Source: Felis catus | Taxonomy: Eukaryota | Direction of reading: 5' to 3' | DNA: 64,000 nt | Assembly: GCF_018350175.1 (NCBI RefSeq) | Contig: NC_058383.1 | Span: 9,364,001-9,428,000 of the forward strand | In this document: piece after piece, positions 14,006-26,462 of the stretch | How the letters are laid out: every line of letters starts with the position of its first letter | How positions within the stretch are numbered: position 1 is the first letter of the stretch | The notes under the pieces: model-generated | Databases searched by the model: none | Told to the model about the DNA's origin: nothing | The model's input: the letters and a program-made list of their open reading frames with translations, nothing else | Position numbers and translations under genes: made by a program

Positions 14006-14724
14006 AATTAAACTTTTGGGCATTTCACTTCCTTGCTCAAAAATCTCCTTGAAGTTCCTCATGCCCAGATTGCTCAGCCCGGCTTCCAAGGCTGACCAGG
14101 GCAGTGGATCCACCATGGAGCCCCATGGAGATTACTCAAAAATAAAATAAAAAAGAAACAGACTGACCTGATGCCCTCACCAGGGTCCTTAAGTGAATCG
14201 GTCCCTTATGATACATAAGATAATCTCCTCCCTTATGATGACCTCCTCGCTCTTTCTTTTACTTTCAATGTTGAGGTGATGTCATTGTTTGTCTATTACA
14301 AGGTTTCGTTAATTTAGTTAACATGTATAAAAACACAGTCCTTCAGTGGCGGAATCTTTACAATGTGATGAGAATCTGTGGTACTGCAGAGATTAACTGG
14401 TGATCTCTTCCTAAAAGACCAGTCTCCAAACTTGCTGACCTTTTCTGTGCTGAGGAGTGGTGGTCAACAGCACACTGCTCAGTGTGCTTTATGATGTAAG
14501 TTTACTAGAGTTTCTTTTTAAAGTTCTATTTTCTTGTGTTGTAACACATATATTAGTACACACAGGGAGAAATAAATATATTGAGGCTGTGCACTTGATT
14601 CACTTTTACTGTTAAGGACAGAGGATCCAAAGTCTCTAGACCAATGTTATCTACTTTGCTCAAGCTCATCTTTCTGACTTACTCTAATGCCTTCATCAAT
14701 ATTGCCACTTCTATGTCCATGTGC

Positions 14725-14910
14725 ATTTTATTTTAATTTTTTAGAGAGAAAGAGTGCAAGTGGGGGAGGAGGCAGAGGGAGAGACAGTCTTAAGCAGGCT
14801 CCATGTTCAGCACAGAGCCTGATGCGGGGCTCAATCCCATGACTCTGGGACCATGACCTGGGCCAAAATCAAGAGTCGATGCTCAACCAGCTGAGCTACG
14901 CAGGTGCCCC
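14725..14910 (-). mobile_element. Can-SINE (older subfamily), followed by L2-like sequence to about 15100
   Basis: Reverse-complement SINE body. Confidence 0.8.
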
Positions 14911-15391
14911 TCCAATATGCATTTTAAACTCAACATTTCAAACTGAGCTCCTGATAGCCTCCCCCTGTCCAAATCCACTCTCTGCCAGCAGTCTTTCCCA
15001 TCTCAGCAATCAGCAATGTCAAAGCCTGAAGTCTTGGAGTCCTCCGTCTGGAACCCTTTATCAGACCATCTGTCGGCAAATCCTACGGTGTTACCTGTGA
15101 TCAGTTCCCTTCCCCCCACTGCTCAGCATCAATCTTCAGCATCTGTCCTAAGTTTACTCCTTTTGAGCCTATCTCAAGTGCCACTTCTTAGACATCTTAT
15201 CTCCTGCAGCACCCAGCACAGATCTTGGCAAGCATGGATACTCAATGCTATTATTGTGTACTTATTTTTCAAATGAACTGAATACACAAGAAACTGACCT
15301 GAAGGACAGAAGCTAAAGCAGAAAGTTGGAATCTCCTTTACTAATCACCTCCCTTTTGGATGCAGTGCTTAAGAGGCAACGTGGGCATCTC

Positions 15392-15541
15392 CTGGGTTCT
15401 CAGACTTTGGTTATATTGGAATCACCTGGGACACCTGATAAACATACAAAGGTGCAGGTACTACCCTCCCTTCAATGAACCTGGGTCTGGTCTGCATTAG
15501 CTTTCAGGTGATTCTGACACACACCAGTTTGAGAACCACCA
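15392..15541. mobile_element. MER5A-like hAT-Charlie MITE
   Basis: GGTTCTCAGACTTTGG...GAATCACCTGG...CAGGTGATTCTG...TTTGAGAACCAC, internally palindromic. Confidence 0.75.
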
Positions 15542-16197
15542 TCCTAGAAGATGCCTAAAAATAGCTTAGGTTAAGTACTCCCAGGCCAAGTGTTGCACAG
15601 TCACCACACCTGGGGTCAGGCCCAGTCCGCCCACAGCAGGAAGGATCCTTCAAAAGGGTCCTTAAGAGGAAGCAGCGTCTTTAGGTTCTTAAAAGGAAGC
15701 TTGGTAATTCAAAAGCCACTGACGGTGCGCGGAAGAGCTGGCTTTTAATCCTCTGGCTAAATGACTGTGTAACAACCTTGGACCAGTTCCCTACCCTCGG
15801 TATCTCATTCTGTAGTATGGAGTTAATAATTACACGTTATTTGTACGGATGCTACAGAAAGAACAAGGTTAGTACTATAGAAAGTTGCATATAAGCATAA
15901 ATTACTTTCGGCCCTGCAGCCCGGGCTTCTCAACCCTGAAGGAATGCAGGGCAAGAACAGGTCCTCTTGGGGTCCGGAGGACGAGCTGGGGGACTCCCCC
16001 CACCACTTTCTCCCGGGCTTTCTGTTGGCACTTCCCGCACAGTAACCGGGCCGGCCCAGGGCGCCACAGCCGCGGGTCGGTACCGGGCCGCCCTGCGATC
16101 GAGGGCGGCCCCGGGGATCAGGGCTGCTCGCGAGCCCAGAACCCACGTGGCCCAGGCAGGGGACCCCCGCCTGCAGGCAGCCCCTCATCGGGCCTAC

Positions 16198-16263
16198 CTG
16201 GGCTGAGGTGCTGAAGCTGCGGCGGAGAGCGGCGCCGGCAGGGCGGGCGAGGGCGGACAGCAT
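16198..16263 (-). CDS. MDH2: MDH2 coding exon 1 (mitochondrial transit peptide MLSALARPAGAALRRSFSTSAQ)
   Basis: ATG at 16263 in context CAGCCATGC. 66 nt, followed by donor GTAGGC at 16197. Peptide matches the mammalian MDH2 N-terminus. Confidence 0.98.
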
Positions 16264-16449
16264 GGCTGTAGCGGGAGGGGCGCGGACCGGCAGGCAAAGG
16301 AGCTGGCGGAGGCAAGTGACACCAACGACCTCCACGGTGTACAGGCCCTGCCGGCTCCCCTCCGCCCGGCCTCGCGAGAATGGCCCGGCTTCCGGCCCCG
16401 CCCTCCCCCCAAGTCTCGCGGTATCACGTCCATCTCTGGGTTGTGGTGG

Positions 16450-16634
16450 AGAAGGACTGCGGGGGATCGATTTCTTCGCGCAGGAAGCGCCGTCAGGGCA
16501 GGGTCGTAGCGCGCGAAGCGTTCCGTGCGGCCGGTGGTGGAGCCGCGGTCGCGAGTGGGAGGGAGAGTTCTCACCAGAGCGGTGGAAGAGGTCGAGATTT
16601 AGACTGGAAGAGCCTTAGAGGAGCCATTTTACAG
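16450..16634 (+). other. STYXL1: Probable non-coding exon 1 of STYXL1 (5' end and donor uncertain)
   Basis: The first coding exon starts at an acceptor a few nt before the ATG, so an upstream UTR exon is required. Candidate donor is ACAG|GTGGGG at 16634/16635, with CAG|GTCGAG at 16670/16671 as an alternative. Confidence 0.4.
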
Positions 16635-18213
16635 GTGGGGCTCCAGACAAAGGCCCTGACAGGGAGACAGGTCGAGGTCGCGCTGCAGGCCCGGCGGAGG
16701 GGGTGCGGTCCGGGCCCTAGACCTCAGCCCAAACCACCCAGCCTGCTCCGGGAGGCCGCAGGGCCTCCGAGCTCTGGAAAGCTCTGGAAAAGAAAAGGGG
16801 AGAGGAGGTTGAGCCCTGGGGGTGGGGTGGGAGAATGGGGCCCCCTCTCATCAGTCACTTCGATGCACCCCTCCTTCCCCCGGGTCACGTACACGTACTG
16901 CCCACCCACCAGTACCCTAGTCCTTGGAGGTGCACAGGACCCTCTGTTAGGGTTCAGAGAGCTTTACAAACACCACCACTGAGAATGGCGGACACAGCAC
17001 TGCTGGGCGAGGCACCGTTATAGTTTCAGGAAAGCAGCCCCGTGTTGCAGAGGAGAAAACTGGTATCTAGGTGGTAACTTGCATGGTCACCCGATCCCTA
17101 CTCCTCAGGTCTACCCAGCCATGCTGTGAACACGGCCACATTGTTTCTGCTTTAGGTACGGAGAAACTCGCTTGACACCCAGTTATAAGGGGATTTGTTT
17201 GGAGTTTATCCAGACCGGAAGTAAAGCTGTGGTTCTTGCTCACAAGGAACTTATCACTTACATTTATAAGCTGAATTATAGAAGCTTCATTTCCCCCCAA
17301 CTGTTTCCTGGGTACACAGAGAGTTCCTTGCCCTCAGTCAAGGGGTGGGGGTGGGGGGCAGATAGAGGTGCAGCAGGTTGTTGGTTTAACAAGATCCGCC
17401 CATTTTCTTGCGTTTAGGGAGCTGAGTCTAGTGGGAGAGAGGGGCAAATTGCAGGCAGCATGATATGGGCAACACTAGGAGAGTTACGAGGTGCGATGAG
17501 AACAGGAGATGCATCCAACCCAGCAACAAGCTGAGACATTCAGGAGGGAGTTAGTGGGACCATTCGACTCCAGAGAAGAGAGAGAGCCTTGCCTGGCTGT
17601 GGGGGTGCAAGTGTTTGAGTTGAGGCAGAAGAGTCCAAAGTAAAACCTGGGGCTAGGAAAGCCCAAGTCTACAGATGGTGAATAGATCCTCTCTGTTGGA
17701 GTGGGGACCTGCAGACGAGCAGTGTATCTTACCACCAACTGTTCTCTGGTTAATTATTTACCCCTCTATTTTACCACTAGAACCGAGACTACCTTGTGGT
17801 CCGGTACATCTCTCATCCCTGAGCCTTTACTGTCCAGCAGACTGAGCATAGATCTCTGAATTTTGGAAGAGTTGAATAGCTTTAGATAAGGCTGAGAAAA
17901 GCAGGTTGCAAAACGAATGAACAAACATTGTGCAGGAGCAACGAATGTTAGCTGAGAAGTTTATATTTTATTCCTTAGGCAGCAAGTGTTTATGATGATG
18001 CCGCTGGCACTATGGGGGAAGATTGGACTGACCTTAACCTGCCAAGGATTCGGATGGCAAGATCTGGAGGGCAGGGAAATTGTTTGGGAGGCTATCCTAG
18101 GAGATGTTAAAGATCTGAGTTACGGTGGCCATAGACATGGAGGGAGTGGGGCCAATGAGGGAGAAGTCTCCAGGGAAAAATTGATTAGTTTGCAGGTTTA
18201 AGAAATGAAAGAT

Positions 18214-18410
18214 GGGGGCGCCTGGGTGGTTCAGTCAGTTAAGCATCCAACTCTTGATTTTGGCTCAGGCCGTGATCTCATGGTTCGTGGGATCGAGCCC
18301 CACATCGGGCTCTGCGCTGATAGCATGGAGCCCCCTTGGGATTCTCTCTGCCCCTCCCAGTGTGTGTGCACCTTCTCTCTTCCTCTCTCCCTTTCTATAT
18401 AGATAGATAT

Positions 18411-18458
<48 letters not shown>

Positions 18459-18605
18459 GTATATATACATATATATATACACATACACACACATATATAC
18501 ATATAGATGTATATATGTACACATATATATACATATATACATATATGTATATATACATATACATGATATATACATAATATATATATATAATTTTTTAAAA
18601 AAAGA
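18214..18605 (+). mobile_element. Can-SINE with expanded (TA)n/(CA)n-type microsatellite (about 18396-18590)
   Basis: SINE head at 18214 and a long purine-pyrimidine alternating tract before the A tail. Confidence 0.88.
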
Positions 18606-20967
18606 ATGAAAGAAATGATGATCAGACTGAGAAGTATATAAGTACAGAAATGGGATTTGGGGGTTATGTGGAAGGAGAGCTGGCTAGAGAGGCAAAAAAT
18701 AGCTCCATTTTAGTTGGGTTGAATTAGAAGTGATGGTGATTTGTCCACATAGAAATATCGGTGGACAGGTTGGGAGTTACTCCAACATGAAATGTGGGAT
18801 TGAAACCCATGAGAGAGGCCAGGGCCAAAGGCATCCCTGTAGAGGGGGGAGAGAGGTGAGGCCCTGAGAAAAATGTGAATCATGGAGTCTCACACTCCTA
18901 CAACTGGGCTACACCCTCCCTCTCCTTGCCAAGTTGTCTACTCGGGCCATCCCAAGCAACTTGACTGTTAGAAAAGCCAGCCTCACATTCAGTTCATAGC
19001 TGCTTCCCTTCAAATCCCAAGATTGCTCATAACAGCATAAACAGCTGCTGTATTAAACGGCGTGTCTCTGCTGTCCTTTGCATGTGTGACTGTTACACTG
19101 AACATGCAGGGCCTCGTCCAGAAAGCCTACTGCAGTCCTGAAACAGCTTTGTTGTCGTCCCCATGCTTGCTTTATTTCTTTGCTTGCTCTCGAATCACCC
19201 CAGTCATCGAAACAGGCTTTGTGCAATAGCCGTAATGTCCCATTTACATTAGTAGTCAAATCAAGCGAAATCAGTGTCCAAGCCTCTCCTCTTCCTCTCT
19301 TAAGCTTGCTTTAGGCTCCCACCCTTGGAGGGGAGAGTGCTTGACTTCTCCATTTCTCCCATCTTGCTTCCTCACACCCCCACCTCCCCTGAAAGACTGT
19401 GGCTTCAGACTGCAGTTGTAGGAGTAGAGGTAGGGGCAGGAAAGGTCCCTGTGTCATCTGGTATTAGTATTCTCTGAGCTTGACAGGAGTTTGTAGCTGA
19501 TTGTCTTCCATGTGGTGCTGGTGTGGGTCTCTAGCTGCAGTTTCTTTGACCTAAGTGGTTATGCCTCAGTCTTGCTTTCAGTTGTTCTTCAGCCTCTGGT
19601 TTCTGGAATTCCCTACTACCTGCAGTTGGCCCATTGTGCCTCCAAGTGGTCATCTTGGGCAAAGTCCCTTTATGATGGCTTCTAGCTGGCCTTCTCTCTT
19701 GCCCACATTTTATCTATGGGAAACACACATCCTTTGCCCCAAAAAATCCTGGGGTGGAAGTTGGGTGAGCGCAAGGCATTTCAAATGCATCTGACTCTCC
19801 TTGCTTTGCTAGCAGCTAGCCAACCTCAGACTTTTCCGGGCTGGGGACCGGCACCTGCCTCTCTGCCTGCACTAGCTTCAAAGGGCATAGGCCAAGCTAT
19901 TCTAGGGATTTTCTTTCTGGCTTTATGAATTGTTTCAAGAAAGCTCAGGCTTGTGAATTTTGGAATTTAGAAAGATGCTAATGGAGGAGGGGGGAGAACT
20001 CTGAGATCCTGAAAGGAGAGAAAGATTAAGTGGGAGAGGATAAAGTCAGAGGATTCCAGGAGAAAGCATGTAGCCTCCCCCCCCCCGCCCCCAACGGAGA
20101 TTGGCGGGGGGGGGGGGGGCGGGGGGGGGTGCAGTTGGCTGAGAAGGGCTGTTCACACCTAGTGGCCTTAACTTTCCCAGGCAAGAAATAGGAAATGAGA
20201 GAATATGCTCCATGGGGACCCCAGGAGGGTTGAGGAGGTTTGGATAACAGTTATAGCAACTGGGAAAATTCTGGGCAAATGAATAGTAAGAAAGGGATTA
20301 GTTGACAGCTGTGGAGGCCAAGCTGAATTCTGCAGTGTGTACTTCTGTGTGTCCAAGTCCACATGGTTTCCATAGCCCAGACCCTAGACCAAGGTCACCA
20401 ATGTACAAGTGGGGCTGCATACACTCCTATCCATACATACACACCTGCGTATTCATATCTTTGAACACAGAAACATGAATCTACAAGGGGGATTTATTTT
20501 TATTGTATGGTTTGTATATGATACAGATCTTAAGTGTTCAGTTGACTGTTTTTTACTATTTACACCCTTAATCGCCACCCCCCAACACAATCTATAAAAC
20601 ATTTTCACTATTCCAGAAAGTTCCTTCATGCTCCTTTACATCAGTCCCCCAAGACTGTTGCTTCTGTCACCATAGTTTCATTTTGTTTGTTCTTCATTGT
20701 ATGTTTTTATATATGATATGCGAATATATTGACCCCCCCCCTGCCCTACCCCTCACGTACACAAGTCATCCACATCCACATATACTGACCGTTTTGTGCC
20801 TTACAATAGGCTTAGACCATGGTCATGGGCTATCCTGTCTCTGCTATTAGCTGCTATATATGCTAACCTATATATATGTCGGATACATGTCCCATATGAA
20901 TATATATATGTGCAGTATATGTGCTAACCTATCTTCAACACTAAAATCATACCTCAAGTGAAGTATT

Positions 20968-21181
20968 TTTTTTTTCAAAAATTTTTAAGTTTATTTATTT
21001 ATTTTGAGAGAGAGTGTGAGCAGGGGAGGAGCAGAGAGAGAGGGAGAGAGAAAATCTCAAGCAGACTCTGCACCACCAGCACAGAGCCAGATGCAGGGCT
21101 AGAACTCCTGAACCGTGAGATCATGACCTGAGCAGAAACCAAGAGTCGGACATTTAACCCACTGAGCCACCCAGTCTCCCC
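20968..21181 (-). mobile_element. Can-SINE
   Basis: TSD CCTCAAGTGAAGTATTTT on both sides. Confidence 0.88.
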
Positions 21182-24100
21182 TCAAGTGAAGTATTTTCAA
21201 TCTCTCCTTTCAGATCCCTGGAGCTAAAAGAAAAAGTTAGAAAGGTGGTAATCATTCCACCTTGCATGGGAGTTTATTTTTCTCTAGGTGCTCTTGGATG
21301 TTTTAAAACAGAACTGTATCGGGATAAATAGCTTTAACTTAGCTGTGGCTCATGTCTGCCAGAAGTCAAAGGACTTGGCTTCCAAGACCCGTTCCGGCCG
21401 AACACGTAGGAGGTGGTGGGCCAGCAGCAGCACAGCAGCAAGAAGCACCGGCAAGGAGTTCCCAAGAGCTCCCAAGAGCTGAGAGTCGCCAGCGGTGGCC
21501 GATCTGAGTCAGGAGCAGAGCCTTCCGTCTCCCAGGTCAGCCAGAGGTCAGGGAAGTAGGAGCAGTGCCCAGTCCAGAGCCTGGTCAGGGCCGAGGACCC
21601 GTGCCAGAGGAGCAGAAAGGGAGGCCTAAGCCTGATCAAGGAGCAGAGGAGAGGCAAGTGCTGGTGGCCGAGTGGGAGGAGAAGAGACCAGATGTCATGG
21701 TCACGGCCTTTGGGAGACTATGTTGCAGTTCACCAGCCCCTACCTCTGACGGGTGAATTGCCTGCAAGACCTGTCACTCTCAGGACTACTAGGGTACCTC
21801 TCAGGTGTGTAGTGTACCTAGGTGTGGGGACATGGGAGTGAAGGCAAGGTAGAAGGCAAGGGATGGGGATGTGGGCAGCTGGGTCTGGGCCCCTGGCCCA
21901 TACCTGTTGCTTCCAAAATCCAGAGACTCTGGCCATCGCTAACAGTAGGACCTGGTGCGCCTCTGATTTCGAGACCACTCGGGTAGCCTCCACAACCCCG
22001 TGGCGCTATAGCCTGGTGTTATGTGCTGTAGTTTTGTCAAGGGGCAGGCTGTGATTGAGGAAAGGCTATACCAGATCCTTGGGGATCTTGACTCTGCAGC
22101 AACACCAAAGGCTCCCTCTACTTACAAACTTGGCTAGCTCCTGCTTCGCTCCTTGGCCTGAGATTCTCTGAATGGTGCTCTGTGTCTACTGGATTTGGAG
22201 CTGTCAGAGGCTCCTAGGTGAAATTGAAAGGAGAGAGAGGGTAGGAGTGAAGGAACTTCTGTTTCCTAAGTTCCTGCTCCACACCAGGGCCAGTGCTGGG
22301 CAATTTATGTCTGTCGTTTCAACGTCACATTCCTATAGCCTTTCCAGTGTAATCCTGTGTAAACTGCTTCAGTTTATAGGTGATAGTTATATTGTTAAAG
22401 CCTGTTCCTGTATTTAAGCCTTGGTCATCCTGACACAGCCTCTGCTTCACACAGAGAACCAGGGCATAGTGGGGTTAGCTGTGGACCCTGAGTCCTATCT
22501 GTGCAGCCCTCTGGTTCCTGCTTAGCCCGAGCCAGGAACCCACGGTAAAGCTTATGGGCTGGCTTCTCCAGGAGCATGGAGCATTGCCTCTTCTCCACCG
22601 GAAGCCCATCAGTTGTGTCCACCCAGACTGTGTGAGGCCAAGAGTCGACCAAACTCTGTCCTGAAGGTCCTTTGAGAAGCCTGACGTGAGGCCCAGCCTC
22701 TGTCGGCGATGCCATCCGCCAGAATGGAAGTCCTTGTGTACCCAAAGGATCTGGCACGGCCTTTCCTCAAGCACAGGGAGGCAAGAAGGGCTGGGTCTGG
22801 CTAGTTTCCAGCTTCATCTCAGGCTGTGTCAACCCCTAATGAAACATCCCTTCCTAACTGGCAGTTTTCCCCGAATATAGACCTTGTGTCCTCACTGGAG
22901 TGGAGTTTACCAGCCCAATTGCGTCCAGACAGCTCTGGGCCGACAGAGCTGCACACACACCTGGTTCGGAGAGAGGCCAGGCCTTTACAGTGAAGGGTGA
23001 AGAACTTCCCTACTGGTGGGTGTGTAATGTGCAAGTGTTTTGGGGTGGCTCTGCTTGCCACCCACAAAGCCATGTGGGTTTCCCAAACTGGCCAATTCAC
23101 AGGAAGATTGGTCTCTCTGACCCCCTGAAGCCAGCTTCCTCTGGCCACTCTTCCCACCTGCCTGCCCCGTTCCCCTGCAAAACCCATCACACTGACCCCC
23201 ACCCCCAAAGTCTCAAAAAGAGCCTATCTCTATCTCTGCTGAAAGAGTCCACGGGGGGATGTCCTAAGCTTGCCATTTTGGCACTAGTGTTTTGAACAGG
23301 CCATTAGGAAAAGGATGCTTGATAGAAATAATCATAGTCAATGCTGCTAGGATAAACATCTGACTGAGGGATCAAACCTTTATTGTAAAAATCACACAGA
23401 AAAAAAAGGCTTGATCTTGGGGAAACTAATTTTGGCTAAACAAAATTGAAAAAAAATCAGAATTAGTTAACTATGAAATGAAATCAAGGAATTCAGTCCG
23501 CTTTAGTGGAACTCACAAAGGAAAATACTTTTGGCGAAAACTTGCCAATATTAGTTTAATGGTCTGTGTAAAAGCTCAAAATGTCAAAATATTCTCAGGG
23601 CCCAGCAGCCGAGCCAAGAGCATTGTCAACCTTGTAGAGGTGGGAGCAGCACTAAAAGAAGTGGAAAGCCTTCCACCTGCCCGGGCTAGCAGTGCCCATG
23701 ATCTTAGCTCACAGGGCTGCGTCCTCTTTCAGAACTGTGCCGTTGAGGGGCAGGGGTGATAGTGCCAGTTGGTTAAGCGTTTGACTTCAGCTCAGGTCAC
23801 AATCTCCTGGTTCGTGAGTTAGTTCTACATCTGGCTCTCTGCTGTCAGCACAGAGCCCGCTTTGGACCCTCTGTTCCCCTGTCTCTCTCTGCCCCTCCCC
23901 TGCTCATGCTCTCCTCTCTCAAAAATAAACATTAAAAAACCCCACAAAACTGTGCTGTTAGGTTCAGGAGCCGTTCTTATCCGTCTCATACTTTATCAGC
24001 GGATGAGGGCAGTTCTTGCTTGACCAGGGAGAGTTCTCCCTTGGGGAAGGAGAGAACTCTGGAGGGGTTGATCCCTGGGGCTGGGTTTTCACCTGGATGC

Positions 24101-24899
24101 CACTAGTAAACCCGGGCTTTCAGAGGCAGAGGATCTGGGATGTGACGGGGGTGGGAGTGGGGAGGTCCTTAGGCGCATCTGTGTGGCCTCAAGTCAAGAT
24201 GGCCCCATTGACGAAGGCAGGAATGGTGACTATTCATCCAACGTGTGCTTATTGAGCACCCTTCACCAAAAATCGTGGGCACTGGGTGAGGATACAGTGA
24301 ACAAAAGGGCAAGGTCCCTGCCCTTTGTTGTATGTGTGCCCCGCACATTCCCAGAGGATAAGATTGGTGGTAAAGCAAGCAAACTGATGAGTGCATTGTG
24401 TCAAATGGTGGCAGTGAGGTGAAGACAAAGACACCCATAGTTTGAAAAGATGGCCCTGAGTGTCATGTAAAGATGAGATCATAGGGAGAAAGCAAGAAGC
24501 CAGAAGCTCAGTCGGGAAGTATGGCATCACCAGGAGAGAGATGATAGTACCCTGGTGTAGAAGGTTAGCTCTGGAGCTGGAGCAAAGTGGATGGGTTTGA
24601 AATATGTTTAAGTACTAGAGCTGATAGATTGGATGTGAGGGGCCGGGGGAAAGAGGGATTCGGGGTATGGACTTGAATAGCTAGGTGGATAATGGTGCTG
24701 TCTTTTGAGGCTGAGGAAACTAAAAGAGAGGCATTGGAGGTATGGGCACGTGTGAATTAAAAGTTGTTTTGGCCATGTTATGTTTGAGAGGCCCAATGAG
24801 GCATCCAGGTGGGTCGAGCTCAATGGAGAGGTCAAGCAGGACTACGATTCGGGACTCATTGGTTTATAAATGGTATTCAAATCACTTAGACTCTAGATC

Positions 24900-25346
24900 T
24901 TTTTTTTTCTTTAGTTGCTTTTTTAACATTTATTTTATTAAAAAAAATTTTTTTTTAACGTTTATTTATATTTGAGACAGAGAGAGACAGAGCATGAACG
25001 GGGGAGGGTCAGAGAGAGAGGGAGACACAATCCGAAACAGGCTCTGAGCGGTCAGCACAGAGCCTGACGCGAGGCTCGAACTCACAGACCGCGAGATCAT
25101 GACCTGAGCCGAAGTCGGACGCTCAACCGACTGAGCCACCCAGGCGCCCCTTTTAACATTTATTTTAAAGAGACAGAGACAGCATGAGTGGGGGAGGGGC
25201 AGAGAGAGGGAGACACATAATCCAAAGCAGGCTCCAGGCTCTGAGCTGTTAACACAGAGCCCGACATGGGACTCAAACCCATGGACCGTGAGATCATGAC
25301 CTGAGCCAAAGTCAGACATTTAACCGACTGAACCCCCAGGCGCCCC
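24900..25346 (-). mobile_element. Two nested/tandem Can-SINEs inserted in L2-like sequence
   Basis: Two antisense bodies. Outer TSD CTCTAGATCTT, inner TSD TTTTAACATTTATTTT. Confidence 0.85.
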
Positions 25347-25365
25347 TAGGCTCTAGATCTTCTAG

Positions 25366-25598
25366 TAGTGGTTCTCAAGTAGCAGTGACTTGCCCTCTTC
25401 TTTCAGGGGACATTTGGCAACATCCAGAAACAGTTTGGGTTGTTCACAACTGGGTGGGGAGGGCTTTGCTACTGGCATCTACGGGGTGGAGGCCAGGGAT
25501 GCTGCTAAACATCCTGCAATGCACAGGGCAGCCCCCCACAGCACAGACTTATCTGGCCTCGAATGTCAATGTCAATGGTGCTGAGGTTGAGAGCCCTG
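25366..25598 (+). mobile_element. MER20 hAT-Charlie element, near full length
   Basis: AGTGGTTCTCAA...GGGGACATTTGGCAA...GCTACTGGCATCT...GAGGCCAGGGATGCTGCTAAACATCCT...GAGGTTGAGAGCCCTG. Confidence 0.85.
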
Positions 25599-25915
25599 TC
25601 CTACAGAGAGTGTAGACAGAGAAGGAAAGAGATGACTGCCTAAGGACTTTTTTTTTTAAATGTATCTTTAAAAAAATTTTTTTTTAATGTTTTGAGAGAG
25701 AGAGACAGAGCGTGAGCCAGGGAGGTCAGAGAAAGAGGGAGACACAGAATCCAAAGCAGGCTCCAGGATATAAGCTGTCAGCACAGAGCCTGACGCGGGG
25801 CTCCAACTTGTGAACCGTGAGATCATGACCGGATGTATCTAAATATCTTTTTATTTTCATTTGGTTTCTCCCCTACTTGTGCTCTCTCTCTTAAACAGAG
25901 AGAGAGGGAGAGAGA

Positions 25916-25963
<48 letters not shown>

Positions 25964-26462
25964 CCCAAGCAGGCTCCTCAGTGTCAAGTGCAGAGCCCAG
26001 TGAGGGGTTCCAGCTCCTGAGCTGTGAGATCATGGTGACCTGAGCAGAAACCAGGAGTTGAATACTTAACTGACTGAGCCACCCAGGAGCCCCATGGACT
26101 TTCTTAACATGAGGAGGTAGAGCCTTCCACCCAGAAGACGAAGTAGCAACAAACAGTGGGAGAAGAGAAGCCTGGGGAGTGGAGTGTTCTGAGAGTAGAG
26201 AGTATTGGGAGGGAGGGGTGCTGAACTGGGTTAAGTGCTAAGAGGCTCCATCCTTTGAGCCCAGGGAGAAGTGATTAATGGCGGAGGCGAGGGGGACATT
26301 GTTGATGACCTTGATAAGAACAATTCCTACGGTTCGATGGGCTCCAGGGGAGAAGATTGTATTTCTTCCCTGTTCAGAATGTCTCACATGTGTAATTTCA
26401 CTAATCCACACACAATAGGGAGGTGCTTTTATCTTGGTTTTTACAGAAGTGGCAATATTACT

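Larger units (their letters stand above)
16020..16900. promoter_or_regulatory. CpG island / bidirectional promoter of MDH2 (-) and STYXL1 (+)
   Basis: Very GC- and CpG-rich. GC box CCCCGCCC at 16396-16403, ETS/GABPA-type CTTCCGG at 16389-16395, CCTCGCGAGA at 16370-16379 and TCTCGCGGTA at 16414-16423 (similar to the TCTCGCGAGA BANP/ZBTB33 motif), and YY1-type GCCATTTT at 16623-16630. The two genes are divergent. Confidence 0.9.

Noticed and set aside
15823..16197. Continuation of the MDH2 exon-1 ORF into intron 1
   Set aside because: This is read-through past a canonical GT donor in GC-rich sequence; the peptide is not MDH-like.
16208..16982. 136-aa and 200-aa plus-strand ORFs over the promoter
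   Set aside because: CpG-island stop-codon depletion with Arg/Pro/Gly-rich low-complexity translation. STYXL1 coding starts at 28571.
18231..18575. YIYIYI-rich ORFs, and likewise EGRK, IEIE and RERE ORFs elsewhere
   Set aside because: Microsatellite translations.
22475..22774. SGFSKDLQDRV segment faintly resembling a retrotransposon Gag motif
   Set aside because: Too short, with no supporting neighbouring motifs. It cannot be supported without a profile search.
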